This document shows positions 34,979 through 47,102 of a stretch of DNA of 64,000 nucleotides, piece after piece. The notes beneath the pieces were generated by a model. That model did no database searches and was not told the DNA's origin. It saw nothing but the letters and a program-made list of their open reading frames with translations. The position numbers were made by a program, and so were the translations under genes. This DNA comes from Scenedesmus sp. PABB004 (lineage: Eukaryota): positions 2,356,001-2,420,000 of the forward strand of contig JABVCE010000002.1 of the NCBI GenBank assembly GCA_014905635.1, written 5' to 3'. Numbering within the stretch: position 1 is the stretch's first letter; the number at the start of each line of letters is the position of its first letter.

Positions 34979-37900
34979 ATGGCACGCGCGGGGCTGGCGA
35001 TTGTCGCCTGCGCGGCGCTCCTCCTGGCGTCCGCGGCGGTCCTGGCGGACGCCAAGCACTTCACCGTCAAAGTCGCGGACAAGACCCGCCTCCACGAGGT
35101 GAGCTCGCGAGTCAGGGCGGCGCGCGTGCGCGCAGCGCCGAACTCGCTCATGCCATGGCCGAGCCCCGGCGCGGTGGGCGCGCGGCCGCCCCGCCGGCGG
35201 CGTTCTGCTCCCAGCAATCTGAGCAATGCTACCCGCCTGCCGGGGCAGCCTCAGCCGCCGCGCGCGAGCCGCATCACCCTTTCCCGCCGAGCGCTGCCAG
35301 GGCTGGCTGGGCACAGCTCCCACATGCCGCCGCCCCACCCCCCACCCCCGCAGGTCGCGGACGCGCTGCGTGAGCGCGGCCTGGTGGTGAAGCAGGTCAA
35401 CCGGCGCTTCTCCTTCATCTCCGTGTCCACGCCGCCCTCCTCCGGCGCCGGCGCCGGCGCCGGCGCGTCGCCCATGGCCGCCGGCGGCGAGCCCGACGCC
35501 GCGGCGTACCAGGCCGGCGCCGCGTCGGCCTGCGCGCCCATCGGCGACGGCCCCGCCGGCGTGCTGCTCCCGTCGGCGTCCTGCCCCCGCGTCGGCGCCG
35601 ACGGCGCGCAGCCCACCTTTGCCGCGCCGGCGCCGTCCGGCGGCGCTGGCGGCGCGGCGCCCGCGGGCGCCGACGTCGCGGCCGCCGCGATCGCCGCGCT
35701 CGCGGCCGGCCCGGGCGGCCTGCCCGGCGTGGAGATCGAGGAGGACCCCGAGCTCTTCCTCTTCGCCCGCGGCCTCCGCCAGGCCGCCGCGCCGGCCGCC
35801 GCCGCGGCGCCGTCGGGCTGTGCGTCGGGCGCGGACGGCCAGATCGGCCGCGACGGCGAGGCGACGCCGTACGGCATCCACATGGTCCAGGCCGACAGCG
35901 ACGAGGCGATCGCCATCAGCAAGGACTTTGCGGACCACGCGCTCTTCTGCGTCATCGACACCGGACTCGACCGCAAGAACTTTGAGTTCAACGACGGTGC
36001 GGGGCCCCCCACGCCGGCGCCAACAACCGCACCGTCGGTTGGCTGGTGGTGCAACGCACCACCGCACCAACGCACCAGCAGCGCACCAACGCGCCAACGC
36101 ACCACGCACCACGCACCACGCCGTCGCACGCCGCGCGCCGCCGGCCGCGCACGGCCTGACGCGCGGCCTGACGCCCGCGCCCGCGCCCGTGCGCGCGCAG
36201 CCACGACGACCGGCTGCGTGCCCAACACCAAGCACGCGGACGGCACCAACACCACCTGCCTGTACGACTGGTTCAAGGACTGGTCCACCCACGGCACGCA
36301 CACCTCCGGTGCGGCCGCCAGCCCGCGCTGCCCACGTGCTGCCCACCAAGCCAGCGGCGAGCGGCGCCGCCTGCGGCTGCCGAGCGGCGCCTCCGGCAGG
36401 GCGGCGCGCCCACGCCACACCGCCGCCGCCGCCGCCGCCCGCCAGGCACGATCGCGGCGTCGCGCAACGGCCGCGCCGTGGTGGGCGTGTCGGCGGAGGG
36501 CGCGCACCTGTACCACTACAACGCGTTTGGCCCCGGCGGCGGCTTCGCGCTCAGCCAGCTCGTCGGCGCGATCGAGGACTGCGTGGCGGTGCGCGCCGCC
36601 GCCGCCGCGCGCAACGCGGCCCGTGGCCTCCGCAGCGCCCCGCGCGCAAGGCCCGCGTCCGCCGCGTCCGCGTCCGCGTCACCGCCCCGCGTCCGCCGCC
36701 GCGCGCCCGCGCCGCCGCCGCCGCGCAGGAGCTCGACGCCCAGCGCGCGTCGCGCGGCGCGCCGGACATGAAGCTCGTGGTCAGCATGTCGTTTGGCGCG
36801 GGCGTGGACACCAAGCTCGCGCGCGAGGCGGTCACCGCGATCGCCCGCGAGCGCGCGGCCGACATGCTGCTCGTGGCCGCGGCGGGCAACGGCGCGCTCG
36901 AGGGCGCCGTCTACTCCTACCCCGCCGCCTGGCCCGAGGTCGTCGCGATCGGCGCCGTCGACTGGGCCGGCGCGCGCGCCAGCTTCAGCCAGTTCAACGA
37001 CCGCGTCGACTGGTGCGGCGCGCCGCGCCGAGCGCCGAGCGCCGAGCGCGGAGCGCGGAGCGCGGAGCGGGGCCGCCGCAGCACGCGGCGCGGCGCGGCG
37101 CGGCGCCGTGCGGTTGCGCCCCGCGCGCGCGCGCCCACCGCCGCCGCGCGCCGCCGCCGCGCGCAGGGCCGCGCCGGGCGTGCAGACGCTGTCGACCATC
37201 CCCGTCGCCGCGGCGGCGAGCAGCAGCTACAACAGCATGCCCAGCCTCAGCGTCGCGCCGGTCGCGGCGGGCGCGGCGTCGTCGGATGCCTGGTCCAGCC
37301 CGCCGCCGCGCGCGCTCGGCCTCAGCCGCAGCGGGCTCGCCGCGGGCGGCGTGTCCGACTGCGGCCTCGGCACGGCGGCGTGCGCCGGCGCGGCCGGCAA
37401 GGTCTGCCTCATCCAGCGCGGCGAGAACACGTTCTGTGAGAAGGTCACCAACTGCCTCGCCGGCGGCGGCGTCGCCGCGCTCGTGTACGGCCGCGCCGAC
37501 CAGGCCGAGTGCGAGACCTTTGATGGCAGCCTCGAGGGCGGCTGCGCGCGGCCCGCGGGCGGCTGGCCCGTTGCGCTCGCGATCACGCGCGGCCAGGGCG
37601 ACGCGCTCAAGGCCGCGCTCGCCGCGGAGCCGGAGCTCACCGTGAGCGTCGACAGCCGCCGCAGCAAGGAGCCGCTGCCCCTGGAGTTCATGTCGGGGAC
37701 GAGCATGTGCGTGACCGGTCGCGCTGGGCGCGCGCGCGGGGCATGCCCACGGCGTGCTGGGCGGCGGCCGCCAGCCGCCGCGCCGCGGCCGCGCCGCGCC
37801 GCGCCACTACTCACACCCGCCGCCGCCGCCGCCGCTGCCTCGCCTCGCGCAGGGCCACGCCCACCGCGGCCGGCGTCGCGGGGCTCGTGTGGAGCGCGCA

Positions 37901-38126
37901 CACCGACTGCTCCGCGTCCGAGCTGCGCGCGGCGATCTCCTGGTCGGCGACCGACCTGGGCAGCCCCGGCTGGGACGTCGAGTACGGCCACGGCCTGGTG
38001 CAGGCGGCCGCGGCGCACGCCTACCTGCAGGCGCACCCCTGCAGCGGCGGCGACGCGGCGGAGCCGCCGCGCGCCGCCAAGCGCAGGCGCAACGGCAACA
38101 ACGGCAACGGTGCCGCGCAGCCCTGA
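34979..38126 (+). CDS. Secreted subtilisin-like serine protease (S8) with PA-domain insert
   Basis: Signal peptide; catalytic D (CVIDTG), H (HGTHTSG|TIAA), oxyanion N (VAAAGNG) and S (SGTSM|ATP); PA-like GKVCLIQRGENTFCEKV. Confidence 0.9.
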
Positions 38127-39006
38127 GCCCTCACGGGTCGTGCGCGGCTGCCGGCCGGGTCAGCTGACAATAAATGACCCCCCTTTGCGCGAGCACTGCC
38201 CTGCACAGCACTGGCGCCGCGGCGCGCCGCGGGCACCCCCGCGGCCGCCACGCGCTCGCCCGCCCGCGCCGCGCCGTGGGGCTCCGCACATGTCGCGCCG
38301 CCGACGGGGCCTGCCGGCGGGGCGCAGCCGCCCCGCCGCAGTGCCCGCCGGGTCCCCGGCGCCGCGCGGCTGGGGGTCGGGCGAGCTTTGCACTTCCTCC
38401 CGCGCCCGCCGGCCGCCGCGCTCGTCGGGGCGCGGCGGCCGCGGGCGCGCATGAGCGTGCGGCGCCCGAGATGACTGGGGCGCGTGCCGACCGAGGTAGA
38501 GTCGTCCGCGCGCTGCGCCGGCGGGGGATTGCACACAGGTCTTGAGGGCCGCGGGCGCCGCGTGTCAGAACAGCCGCCCCCCATTGGCGGGCGGCGAGCA
38601 ACGTTGGATGCGCCGCGCCGGAGTAGCCGGCCGGCTCCCAGGCCAGGCTGGCTCTGCGTGTGGGTTTGTACAGTAAACGTGACTGGCCCCTGGCCCGTCC
38701 GTCGGGACCGGCGGCGCGGTGCCGCTGCCGGCTCGGCGCAGCGGGGCGCAGCGGGCTGCACCCCACAACCGCGCGCGCCGCCGCGGCCGCCGGCCCGCCC
38801 GTCGCGAGTGAGCCGAGGTCACAGTGTCCCGAGGCGTGCAGGTCAGCGAGCGCGGAGGGCCGACGGACGCAGCGGCAGCAGCGGCGCCAGCAGCAGCGGC
38901 GGCCAATTCGGGCCGCCCAGGCGCTCCAGAGCCGCGCACGCGACGCGTACCATCTACTAAGCCTGCGTCTGGCCCCTGGGTGTGATCACTGTACAGGTTG
39001 GCAGCC

Positions 39007-39390
39007 ATGCCAGGCCAGACGACCGGCGACATGCTCACAAAGCTGGCGCTGGTGGCGAACGTCGCTGTCCTCGTCCCCGTCTGCACCGCGCTCGTGCTGG
39101 GCGCCGACCGGATGGATTACGCGTACGGCGCCCCCACCCCAGCGCGAGGGATTCTGCTGTCCATCTACGCGGCCATCACCGTCGTCTCGCTGCTCCTGCT
39201 CGCCTCGCCCGATCGGCGAATGACCGCCGGGCTGCTGCTGGTGCAGGTCATCTACAAGGTGCTCTCTCCCTTTGCGGTGGGCACCGTCGTGCACAACCCG
39301 GTGATCATGAGCAACCTCGCCGTCGCGGCGCTGCACACCGCCACGCTCGCCGTGCTGCTCCGGGAGGACAGGGAGGTCAAGCGCAGGTGA
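39007..39390 (+). CDS. Small ~4-TM hypothetical membrane protein (127 aa), copy 1, Val variant
   Basis: Intron-free ORF MPGQTTGDMLTKLALVANVAVLVPVC...YGAPTPARGILLSIY...QVIYK...NPVIMSNLAVAALH; GCC-ATG context; an alternative start at 39031 is possible. Confidence 0.8.
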   Translation: MPGQTTGDMLTKLALVANVAVLVPVCTALVLGADRMDYAYGAPTPARGILLSIYAAITVVSLLLLASPDRRMTAGLLLVQVIYKVLSPFAVGTVVHNPVIMSNLAVAALHTATLAVLLREDREVKRR

Positions 39391-39903
39391 CGGCGGGCGC
39401 CGTCTTCTCCATGCCCTGCGCCGTGCGGCGCGGCCGGCGGCAGTGCCGCGCTTGGGCGGCGGCAGCGCCGCCGCGCGGCGCGGCGCGCGCGCGCGCAACG
39501 TTGGATGCGCCGCGCCGGAGTAGCCGGCCGGCTCCCAGGCCAGGCTGGCTCTGCGTGTGGGTTTGTACAGTAAACGTGACTGGCCCCTGGCCCGTCCGTC
39601 GGGACCGGCGGCGCGGTGCCGCTGCCGGCTCGGCGCAGCGGGGCGCAGCGGGCTGCACCCCACAACCGCGCGCGCCGCCGCGGCCGCCGGCCCGCCCGTC
39701 GCGAGTGAGCCGAGGTCACAGTGTCCCGAGGCGTGCAGGTCAGCGAGCGCGGAGGGCCGACGGACGCAGCGGCAGCAGCGGCGCCAGCAGCAGCGGCGGC
39801 CAATTCGGGCCGCCCAGGCGCTCCAGAGCCGCGCACGCGACGCGTACCATCTACTAAGCCTGCGTCTGGCCCCTGGGTGTGATCACTGTACAGGTTGGCA
39901 GCC

Positions 39904-40287
39904 ATGCCAGGCCAGACGACCGGCGACATGCTCACAAAGCTGGCGCTGGTGGCGAACGTCGCTGTCCTCGTCCCCGTCTGCACCGCGCTCATGCTGGGCG
40001 CCGACCGGATGGATTACGCGTACGGCGCCCCCACCCCAGCGCGAGGGATTCTGCTGTCCATCTACGCGGCCATCACCGTCGTCTCGCTGCTCCTGCTCGC
40101 CTCGCCCGATCGGCGAATGACCGCCGGGCTGCTGCTGGTGCAGGTCATCTACAAGGTGCTCTCTCCCTTTGCGGTGGGCACCGTCGTGCACAACCCGGTG
40201 ATCATGAGCAACCTCGCCGTCGCGGCGCTGCACACCGCCACGCTCGCCGTGCTGCTCCGGGAGGACAGGGAGGTCAAGCGCAGGTGA
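39904..40287 (+). CDS. Small membrane protein, copy 2, Met variant
   Basis: Same as copy 1 except A at 39991 (V to M). Confidence 0.8.
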   Translation: MPGQTTGDMLTKLALVANVAVLVPVCTALMLGADRMDYAYGAPTPARGILLSIYAAITVVSLLLLASPDRRMTAGLLLVQVIYKVLSPFAVGTVVHNPVIMSNLAVAALHTATLAVLLREDREVKRR

Positions 40288-40799
40288 CGGCGGGCGCCGT
40301 CTTCTCCATGCCCTGCGCCGTGCGGCGCGGCCGGCGGCAGTGCCGCGCTTGGGCGGCGGCAGCGCCGCCGCGCGGCGCGGCGCGCGCGCGGCAACGTTGG
40401 ATGCGCCGCGCCGGAGTAGCCGGCCGGCTCCCAGGCCAGGCTGGCTCTGCGTGTGGGTTTGTACAGTAAACGTGACTGGCCCCTGGCCCGTCCGTCGGGA
40501 CCGGCGGCGCGGTGCCGCTGCCGGCTCGGCGCAGCGGGGCGCAGCGGGCTGCACCCCACAACCGCGCGCGCCGCCGCGGCCGCCGGCCCGCCCGTCGCGA
40601 GTGAGCCGAGGTCACAGTGTCCCGAGGCGTGCAGGTCAGCGAGCGCGGAGGGCCGACGGACGCAGCGGCAGCAGCGGCGCCAGCAGCAGCGGCGGCCAAT
40701 TCGGGCCGCCCAGGCGCTCCAGAGCCGCGCACGCGACGCGTACCATCTACTAAGCCTGCGTCTGGCCCCTGGGTGTGATCACTGTACAGGTTGGCAGCC

Positions 40800-41183
40800 A
40801 TGCCAGGCCAGACGACCGGCGACATGCTCACAAAGCTGGCGCTGGTGGCGAACGTCGCTGTCCTCGTCCCCGTCTGCACCGCGCTCGTGCTGGGCGCCGA
40901 CCGGATGGATTACGCGTACGGCGCCCCCACCCCAGCGCGAGGGATTCTGCTGTCCATCTACGCGGCCATCACCGTCGTCTCGCTGCTCCTGCTCGCCTCG
41001 CCCGATCGGCGAATGACCGCCGGGCTGCTGCTGGTGCAGGTCATCTACAAGGTGCTCTCTCCCTTTGCGGTGGGCACCGTCGTGCACAACCCGGTGATCA
41101 TGAGCAACCTCGCCGTCGCGGCGCTGCACACCGCCACGCTCGCCGTGCTGCTCCGGGAGGACAGGGAGGTCAAGCGCAGGTGA
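40800..41183 (+). CDS. Small membrane protein, copy 3, Val variant
   Basis: Same protein as copy 1. Confidence 0.8.
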   Translation: MPGQTTGDMLTKLALVANVAVLVPVCTALVLGADRMDYAYGAPTPARGILLSIYAAITVVSLLLLASPDRRMTAGLLLVQVIYKVLSPFAVGTVVHNPVIMSNLAVAALHTATLAVLLREDREVKRR

Positions 41184-41695
41184 CGGCGGGCGCCGTCTTC
41201 TCCATGCCCTGCGCCGTGCGGCGCGGCCGGCGGCAGTGCCGCGCTTGGGCGGCGGCAGCGCCGCCGCGCGGCGCGGCGCGCGCGCGGCAACGTTGGATGC
41301 GCCGCGCCGGAGTAGCCGGCCGGCTCCCAGGCCAGGCTGGCTCTGCGTGTGGGTTTGTACAGTAAACGTGACTGGCCCCTGGCCCGTCCGTCGGGACCGG
41401 CGGCGCGGTGCCGCTGCCGGCTCGGCGCAGCGGGGCGCAGCGGGCTGCACCCCACAACCGCGCGCGCCGCCGCGGCCGCCGGCCCGCCCGTCGCGAGTGA
41501 GCCGAGGTCACAGTGTCCCGAGGCGTGCAGGTCAGCGAGCGCGGAGGGCCGACGGACGCAGCGGCAGCAGCGGCGCCAGCAGCAGCGGCGGCCAATTCGG
41601 GCCGCCCAGGCGCTCCAGAGCCGCGCACGCGACGCGTACCATCTACTAAGCCTGCGTCTGGCCCCTGGGTGTGATCACTGTACAGGTTGGCAGCC

Positions 41696-42079
41696 ATGCC
41701 AGGCCAGACGACCGGCGACATGCTCACAAAGCTGGCGCTGGTGGCGAACGTCGCTGTCCTCGTCCCCGTCTGCACCGCGCTCATGCTGGGCGCCGACCGG
41801 ATGGATTACGCGTACGGCGCCCCCACCCCAGCGCGAGGGATTCTGCTGTCCATCTACGCGGCCATCACCGTCGTCTCGCTGCTCCTGCTCGCCTCGCCCG
41901 ATCGGCGAATGACCGCCGGGCTGCTGCTGGTGCAGGTCATCTACAAGGTGCTCTCTCCCTTTGCGGTGGGCACCGTCGTGCACAACCCGGTGATCATGAG
42001 CAACCTCGCCGTCGCGGCGCTGCACACCGCCACGCTCGCCGTGCTGCTCCGGGAGGACAGGGAGGTCAAGCGCAGGTGA
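41696..42079 (+). CDS. Small membrane protein, copy 4, Met variant
   Basis: Same protein as copy 2 (A at 41783). Confidence 0.8.
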   Translation: MPGQTTGDMLTKLALVANVAVLVPVCTALMLGADRMDYAYGAPTPARGILLSIYAAITVVSLLLLASPDRRMTAGLLLVQVIYKVLSPFAVGTVVHNPVIMSNLAVAALHTATLAVLLREDREVKRR

Positions 42080-42591
42080 CGGCGGGCGCCGTCTTCTCCA
42101 TGCCCTGCGCCGTGCGGCGCGGCCGGCGGCAGTGCCGCGCTTGGGCGGCGGCAGCGCCGCCGCGCGGCGCGGCGCGCGCGCGGCAACGTTGGATGCGCCG
42201 CGCCGGAGTAGCCGGCCGGCTCCCAGGCCAGGCTGGCTCTGCGTGTGGGTTTGTACAGTAAACGTGACTGGCCCCTGGCCCGTCCGTCGGGACCGGCGGC
42301 GCGGTGCCGCTGCCGGCTCGGCGCAGCGGGGCGCAGCGGGCTGCACCCCACAACCGCGCGCGCCGCCGCGGCCGCCGGCCCGCCCGTCGCGAGTGAGCCG
42401 AGGTCACAGTGTCCCGAGGCGTGCAGGTCAGCGAGCGCGGAGGGCCGACGGACGCAGCGGCAGCAGCGGCGCCAGCAGCAGCGGCGGCCAATTCGGGCCG
42501 CCCAGGCGCTCCAGAGCCGCGCACGCGACGCGTACCATCTACTAAGCCTGCGTCTGGCCCCTGGGTGTGATCACTGTACAGGTTGGCAGCC

Positions 42592-42975
42592 ATGCCAGGC
42601 CAGACGACCGGCGACATGCTCACAAAGCTGGCGCTGGTGGCGAACGTCGCTGTCCTCGTCCCCGTCTGCACCGCGCTCGTGCTGGGCGCCGACCGGATGG
42701 ATTACGCGTACGGCGCCCCCACCCCAGCGCGAGGGATTCTGCTGTCCATCTACGCGGCCATCACCGTCGTCTCGCTGCTCCTGCTCGCCTCGCCCGATCG
42801 GCGAATGACCGCCGGGCTGCTGCTGGTGCAGGTCATCTACAAGGTGCTCTCTCCCTTTGCGGTGGGCACCGTCGTGCACAACCCGGTGATCATGAGCAAC
42901 CTCGCCGTCGCGGCGCTGCACACCGCCACGCTCGCCGTGCTGCTCCGGGAGGACAGGGAGGTCAAGCGCAGGTGA
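42592..42975 (+). CDS. Small membrane protein, copy 5, Val variant
   Basis: Same protein as copy 1. Confidence 0.8.
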   Translation: MPGQTTGDMLTKLALVANVAVLVPVCTALVLGADRMDYAYGAPTPARGILLSIYAAITVVSLLLLASPDRRMTAGLLLVQVIYKVLSPFAVGTVVHNPVIMSNLAVAALHTATLAVLLREDREVKRR

Positions 42976-43719
42976 CGGCGGGCGCCGTCTTCTCCATGCC
43001 CTGCGCCGTGCGGCGCGGCCGGCGGCAGTGCCGCGCTTGGGCGGCGGCAGCGCCGCCGCGCGGCGCGGCGCGCGCGCGGCAACGTTGGATGCGACGCGCC
43101 GGAGGAGCCGGCCCGGCTCCCAGGCCAGGCTGGTTCTGCGTGCGGGTTTGTACAGTAAATGTCACTGGCCCCTGGCCCGTCCGTCGGGACCGGCGGCGCG
43201 GTGCCGCTGCCGGCGCAGCGGGGCGCAGCGGGCTGCACCCCACAACCGCGCGCGCCGCCGCGGCCGCCGGCCCGCCCGTCGCGAGTGCGCCGAGGTCACA
43301 GTGTCCCCAGCCGTGCAGGTCAGCGAGCGCGGAGGGCCGACGGACGCCCCGGCAGCAGCAGGTGGGCGCGAGTGGTGGGATCCAGCCAGCCGCTGCGCCG
43401 GGCTGGGCGAGGGACCGGGCTCGCCGCCCGCGCGGGGCGTGGCGCGCGATCAGCATGATCCAAGCGGAGCGCTGCTGGCGGACCCGCGCCAGCGCGCCCT
43501 CGCGTTGATGGCCGGGGAGCCCGCCGCGCGCTGCGCCAATTCGGCCGCCTGGGCGGTCCCGGCCGGCGCGCTTCGATCCGCTGCATCTACTCAGCCTGTG
43601 CCCGGCCGGCTTGGAGGCCGCATGAGGCCGGCCCGGCCTTGACACGGCCTGCCCGCTGCTCCCCACCACCCGCAGGCCCCCGGAGCCCCGCACACTCCCA
43701 CCACGCCCAGGGCAGCACC

Positions 43720-45146
43720 ATGAGCGGCGGCGGGCGCGGCCGGCGCGGCGGGCGCGGGCGCGGCGGTGGCGCGGCGGGCGGGCGGGGGCCGCCGCCAGCA
43801 GTCGACTTCAACCTCTACGCCTCGCCGGGCTTCCCCATGCAGGGTGCGCTGATGCGTCGCGGCGGGCCGCGCGCGTGGCGGAGGGGGGGGGGGGGGGGAG
43901 GGGCGTGCTGCGCGCGCGCGGGGCGCGCTGCGGCGCCGCGCGCGCCGCCCGCGCCGCACGCCGCCAACCACCCAACCGCCGCTGCTGCGGCCGCCGCTGC
44001 TGCAGGCTGCCCGGCGCAGGTGCGCCCGGCCCCCGGCATGCCCGACGTGCGCCGCCTGACCATGGTGCGCGAGCGCGCCGCCCGCCGCCGCCCGCGGCTC
44101 GCGCGGCCCGCCGCGCAGCGCGCCGCGCCGCGACGCGCGCGCCTCACTCGCGCCTGCCTCGCGCCTGCCCCACGCGCGCGCAGCCGGAGCGCCAGACGCT
44201 CGGCGACATCCTCTGCTGGTTCGCGGCGACCGCCATGCTGGAGCCGAGCGCGCGGCTCGTGCTGTGGCAGGGCACGCGCGAGGACAAGGCCTGGCTCGCC
44301 GCGTTTGCCCAGGAGACGCTGCCGCAGCTCGAGGTCAGCACGTACGAGGCCGGCCCCTCCGCGCGATACACCCAGTTCAGCCTCGCGCCCGACAGCGTGC
44401 CGCCGCCCGAGGCCGCCGCCGCGGCGGTCGCGGCGGTCGCGGCGCCCGGCCCGGCGCCGGAGCAGGCGCCGGCGCCGGCCGCGCCGGGCGCGTCGGCGGC
44501 GGGCGCGAAGGACGCGGCCGCGTCGGCGGCGGCGCACACCAAGGAGGCGCTGGCGGAGGCGGGGCACAAGGCGGGCGAGGCGGCCGCCGCGGCAGCGGAC
44601 AAGGTCAGCAAAGCGGTCGCCGCCACGAGCGCGCAGGTGCGGCGCGGCGCCGCGGCCGTCGCGCGCGCCGTGCCCGCGGAGCGGGCGCCCGCGCGCGCCT
44701 GCCCGCGCCTGGCCGCCGGCCGGGCCCCGCCGAACGCACGCCCGCGCCGCGCCGCGCCGCGCGTGCGCGCGCAGGCCAAGGAGGCTGCCACCGCCGCGGT
44801 CGGCAAGGCACACGGCGTGGCCAGCGCGGCGCACGCCTCGGCGGCGGCTGCGGCGGAGAAGGTCGCGCAGGCGACCAAGGCCGCCGCCGCGTCCGCCGAG
44901 GTGAGCGCCAAGGCTGCTGGCGAGCAGCTCAATGGCGCCGCCGTGCTGGCGGCCGAGCGGGCGCGCTCCTGGGCCGGCGATGTGCAGGTGCGCGGCAGCG
45001 GCTCGCGCACGCGCGGCCGCGGGGCCGTGGCCACAGCGGCGCGGCGGCCCCCGCGCCGCGCCGGCGCCGCGCCGCGCCGCACCGCACCGCACTGCGCACC
45101 GTCGCGCCGCGCACCACCCGCGCCGTGCTGCTGGCGCCCGACCCCT

Positions 45147-45226
<80 letters not shown>

Positions 45227-45364
45227 GCGTGCCTGCAGGCGGCGGTCACCGGCGAGGCCGGCCCCAACGCGCAGATGCTGGCGATCGGCGGCGCGACGGC
45301 GGCGGTGCTCGCGGTCGCGGGCGTCGTGGTGGGGCTGCTGCTTGGCGGCAAGCGCCGCCACTGA
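43720..45364 (+). CDS. Uncharacterised tail-anchored protein: RGG N-terminus, globular domain, LEA-like Ala/Lys helical repeats, C-terminal TM
   Basis: MSGGGRGRRGG...; QTLGDILCWFAATAMLEPSARLVLWQG; AKDAAASAAAHTKEALAEAGHKAGE; TM AAVLAVAGVVVGLLLGGKRRH*; plausible GT-AG introns. Confidence 0.65.
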
Positions 45365-45770
45365 GCTCGGCTGCGCGGCGCGGCGCGGGGGCGTGATTGA
45401 TCTTTTTCGACCTAGCGACTGGGCTGCAGGGGGCCGCCGGCGGCGGGCGGGTAAGCGGCCGGCGCGGCACGCAGGCGTCCGCGCTTGCGCAGCGCCGCGG
45501 GCGGCGCTCGGCGGGCGGCGGCGGGGCCCCGAGGAGCAGGCCACCGCGTGCATCAGCTGCAGCAAGGCAAATCGCGAGCGCGGCACCACCCCCGCTGTCT
45601 CTCTAGAGAGCAGGTCCTACGAGCCGGTGCCGCTGCGGTTCGGCGCAAGATCCTGGGCTGCAGCGCGCTCGCCCCGCCCTCACACCCGCCGCAAAGCACG
45701 AAGCGCCAACGCCCGGACCACCCCTCCCGCGCGCCGCGACCCTCTGCACAGCGACACCGCGAGACCTGCG

Positions 45771-46444
45771 ATGAGGACGTCCATCTCAACGCGCGCGCGC
45801 CCGGCCGCCGCAGCGCGCCCCGGGCAGCAGCGCCTGGCGGCGCGTCGTGCCGTCCTCACGCGTGCTGTCGCGGAGAAGCAGCAGCAGAAGCAGCAGCAGC
45901 GCGCCGCGGCGGCGCCGGCAGCAGCGGCGCAGGCAACGGCGCCCGCTGGCGCCGCCGCTGGCTGGGCGGCGGCCATCGCGGCGTCGGCTCCGGTGCTGGC
46001 CGCGAGGGCGGACGAGGCCGAGGACGCGGTGGCCAACACCGTGGCCGCGCCGGCGTGGCTCGGGTACGTCGTGCTGCTGTCGCCGATCCTGCTCTACGGC
46101 ATCTTCAACATCTATCGCAGCCAGGTCAACCCGCAGGCCAAGTGGGGCGACTTCCTGGTGCGGCGCGGCGCGACGCGGGTGGGCCGGCCGACTCTGGGCG
46201 GCGGGCGCCACGTGCGCGGCGGCGGCGTGTGCACAGGGGGGCGCGGCGCTGCGCGGTGCGCCCACCTCTTGCGGGCCGAGCGGGAGCGCGGCGGTGCTGC
46301 CGTCCGTCCCCTCACCGCCCCTCACTGCTCCTCCCCTCACCGCCCCCTGCCCCCCCCCCCCCCTACGCACAGTTCATCTGCGTGGGCGTCGCGGTGGTCG
46401 CCAACCTCGTGTCCATCGTCGGGTTCAAGGTTCGCCTGTTCTGA
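45771..46444 (+). CDS. Small 2-TM protein, probably thylakoid/plastid-targeted
   Basis: Transit peptide MRTSISTRARP...VLTRA; AxA-like LAARA; TM WLGYVVLLSPILLYGIFNIY; intron 46158-46372; second TM FICVGVAVVANLVSIVGF. Confidence 0.75.
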
Positions 46445-47102
46445 GGCGATCCCTGGGGCAGAGGGGCACTGGGGCAGCTGGCACAGCAGCAGGAGAGCGG
46501 CGGGAGTTGCGGGCGGCGCGCGGCCGGCCCGTGCGTGCGCGGCGCGCCGCTCGGCGCGATTTTGTTGTAACGCGCGCAGCCGGCGAGCTGCTGGGCGCCC
46601 CCACGCGGCGCTCGGCAAGGGCGCGCGTGGGCACGTCGCCTGGGCCAGCCTGTGTGGCCGATCGGCGCGCCACCGCCGCAGCGGTCAAACAGCGGCCGTC
46701 CGTCGAGCTCCCTGCGCCTCTCGCTTCGCCTCCTTCCGCGCCCGCCCGGCGTGCGCTCCTGGAGCCCCTGCGCTCCCCCGTCCGCGCTCCCCGGTCCGCG
46801 CTCCCCGGCCCCAGGCCGCGAGGCGCGCAGCGCTGCGCCGCCCGCCGCCGCCTGCCCGCGGGCTGGCGCCCTGCGGACCATGTGAGCACGGCTGGGAGGC
46901 CGAGCCGCGGTCTTTGAGGCGGGGGCGCGCCCGGCAGCCGCCCCGGCGCGGCGCGGCGCGGCGCGGCGCGGCGCGCCGGAGCCGGCGCTCACGCGTCGCC
47001 CCGTCTGCGGGGCGCAGGTGAAGCGGCCCGGCCCGCCGCCAGCTCCTCCGCACCCCAGCTGCGGCGCACGCCGGCTCCCGGCCAGCGGCGGCAGCGGGCA
47101 GC

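Larger units (their letters stand above)
38598..43358 (+). repeat. Tandem array of ~896-bp units: five near-identical full units plus a diverged ~280-bp partial sixth
   Basis: Units begin GCAACGTTGGATG; the ORFs are spaced 897, 896, 896 and 896 bp apart; the partial copy at 43079-43358 carries multiple substitutions and indels. Confidence 0.97.

Noticed and set aside
38598..43358. Array as a CRISPR array or autonomous transposon
   Set aside because: Units are ~896 bp with no unique spacers; there is no transposase, RT or integrase, and I saw no TIRs or TG...CA ends.
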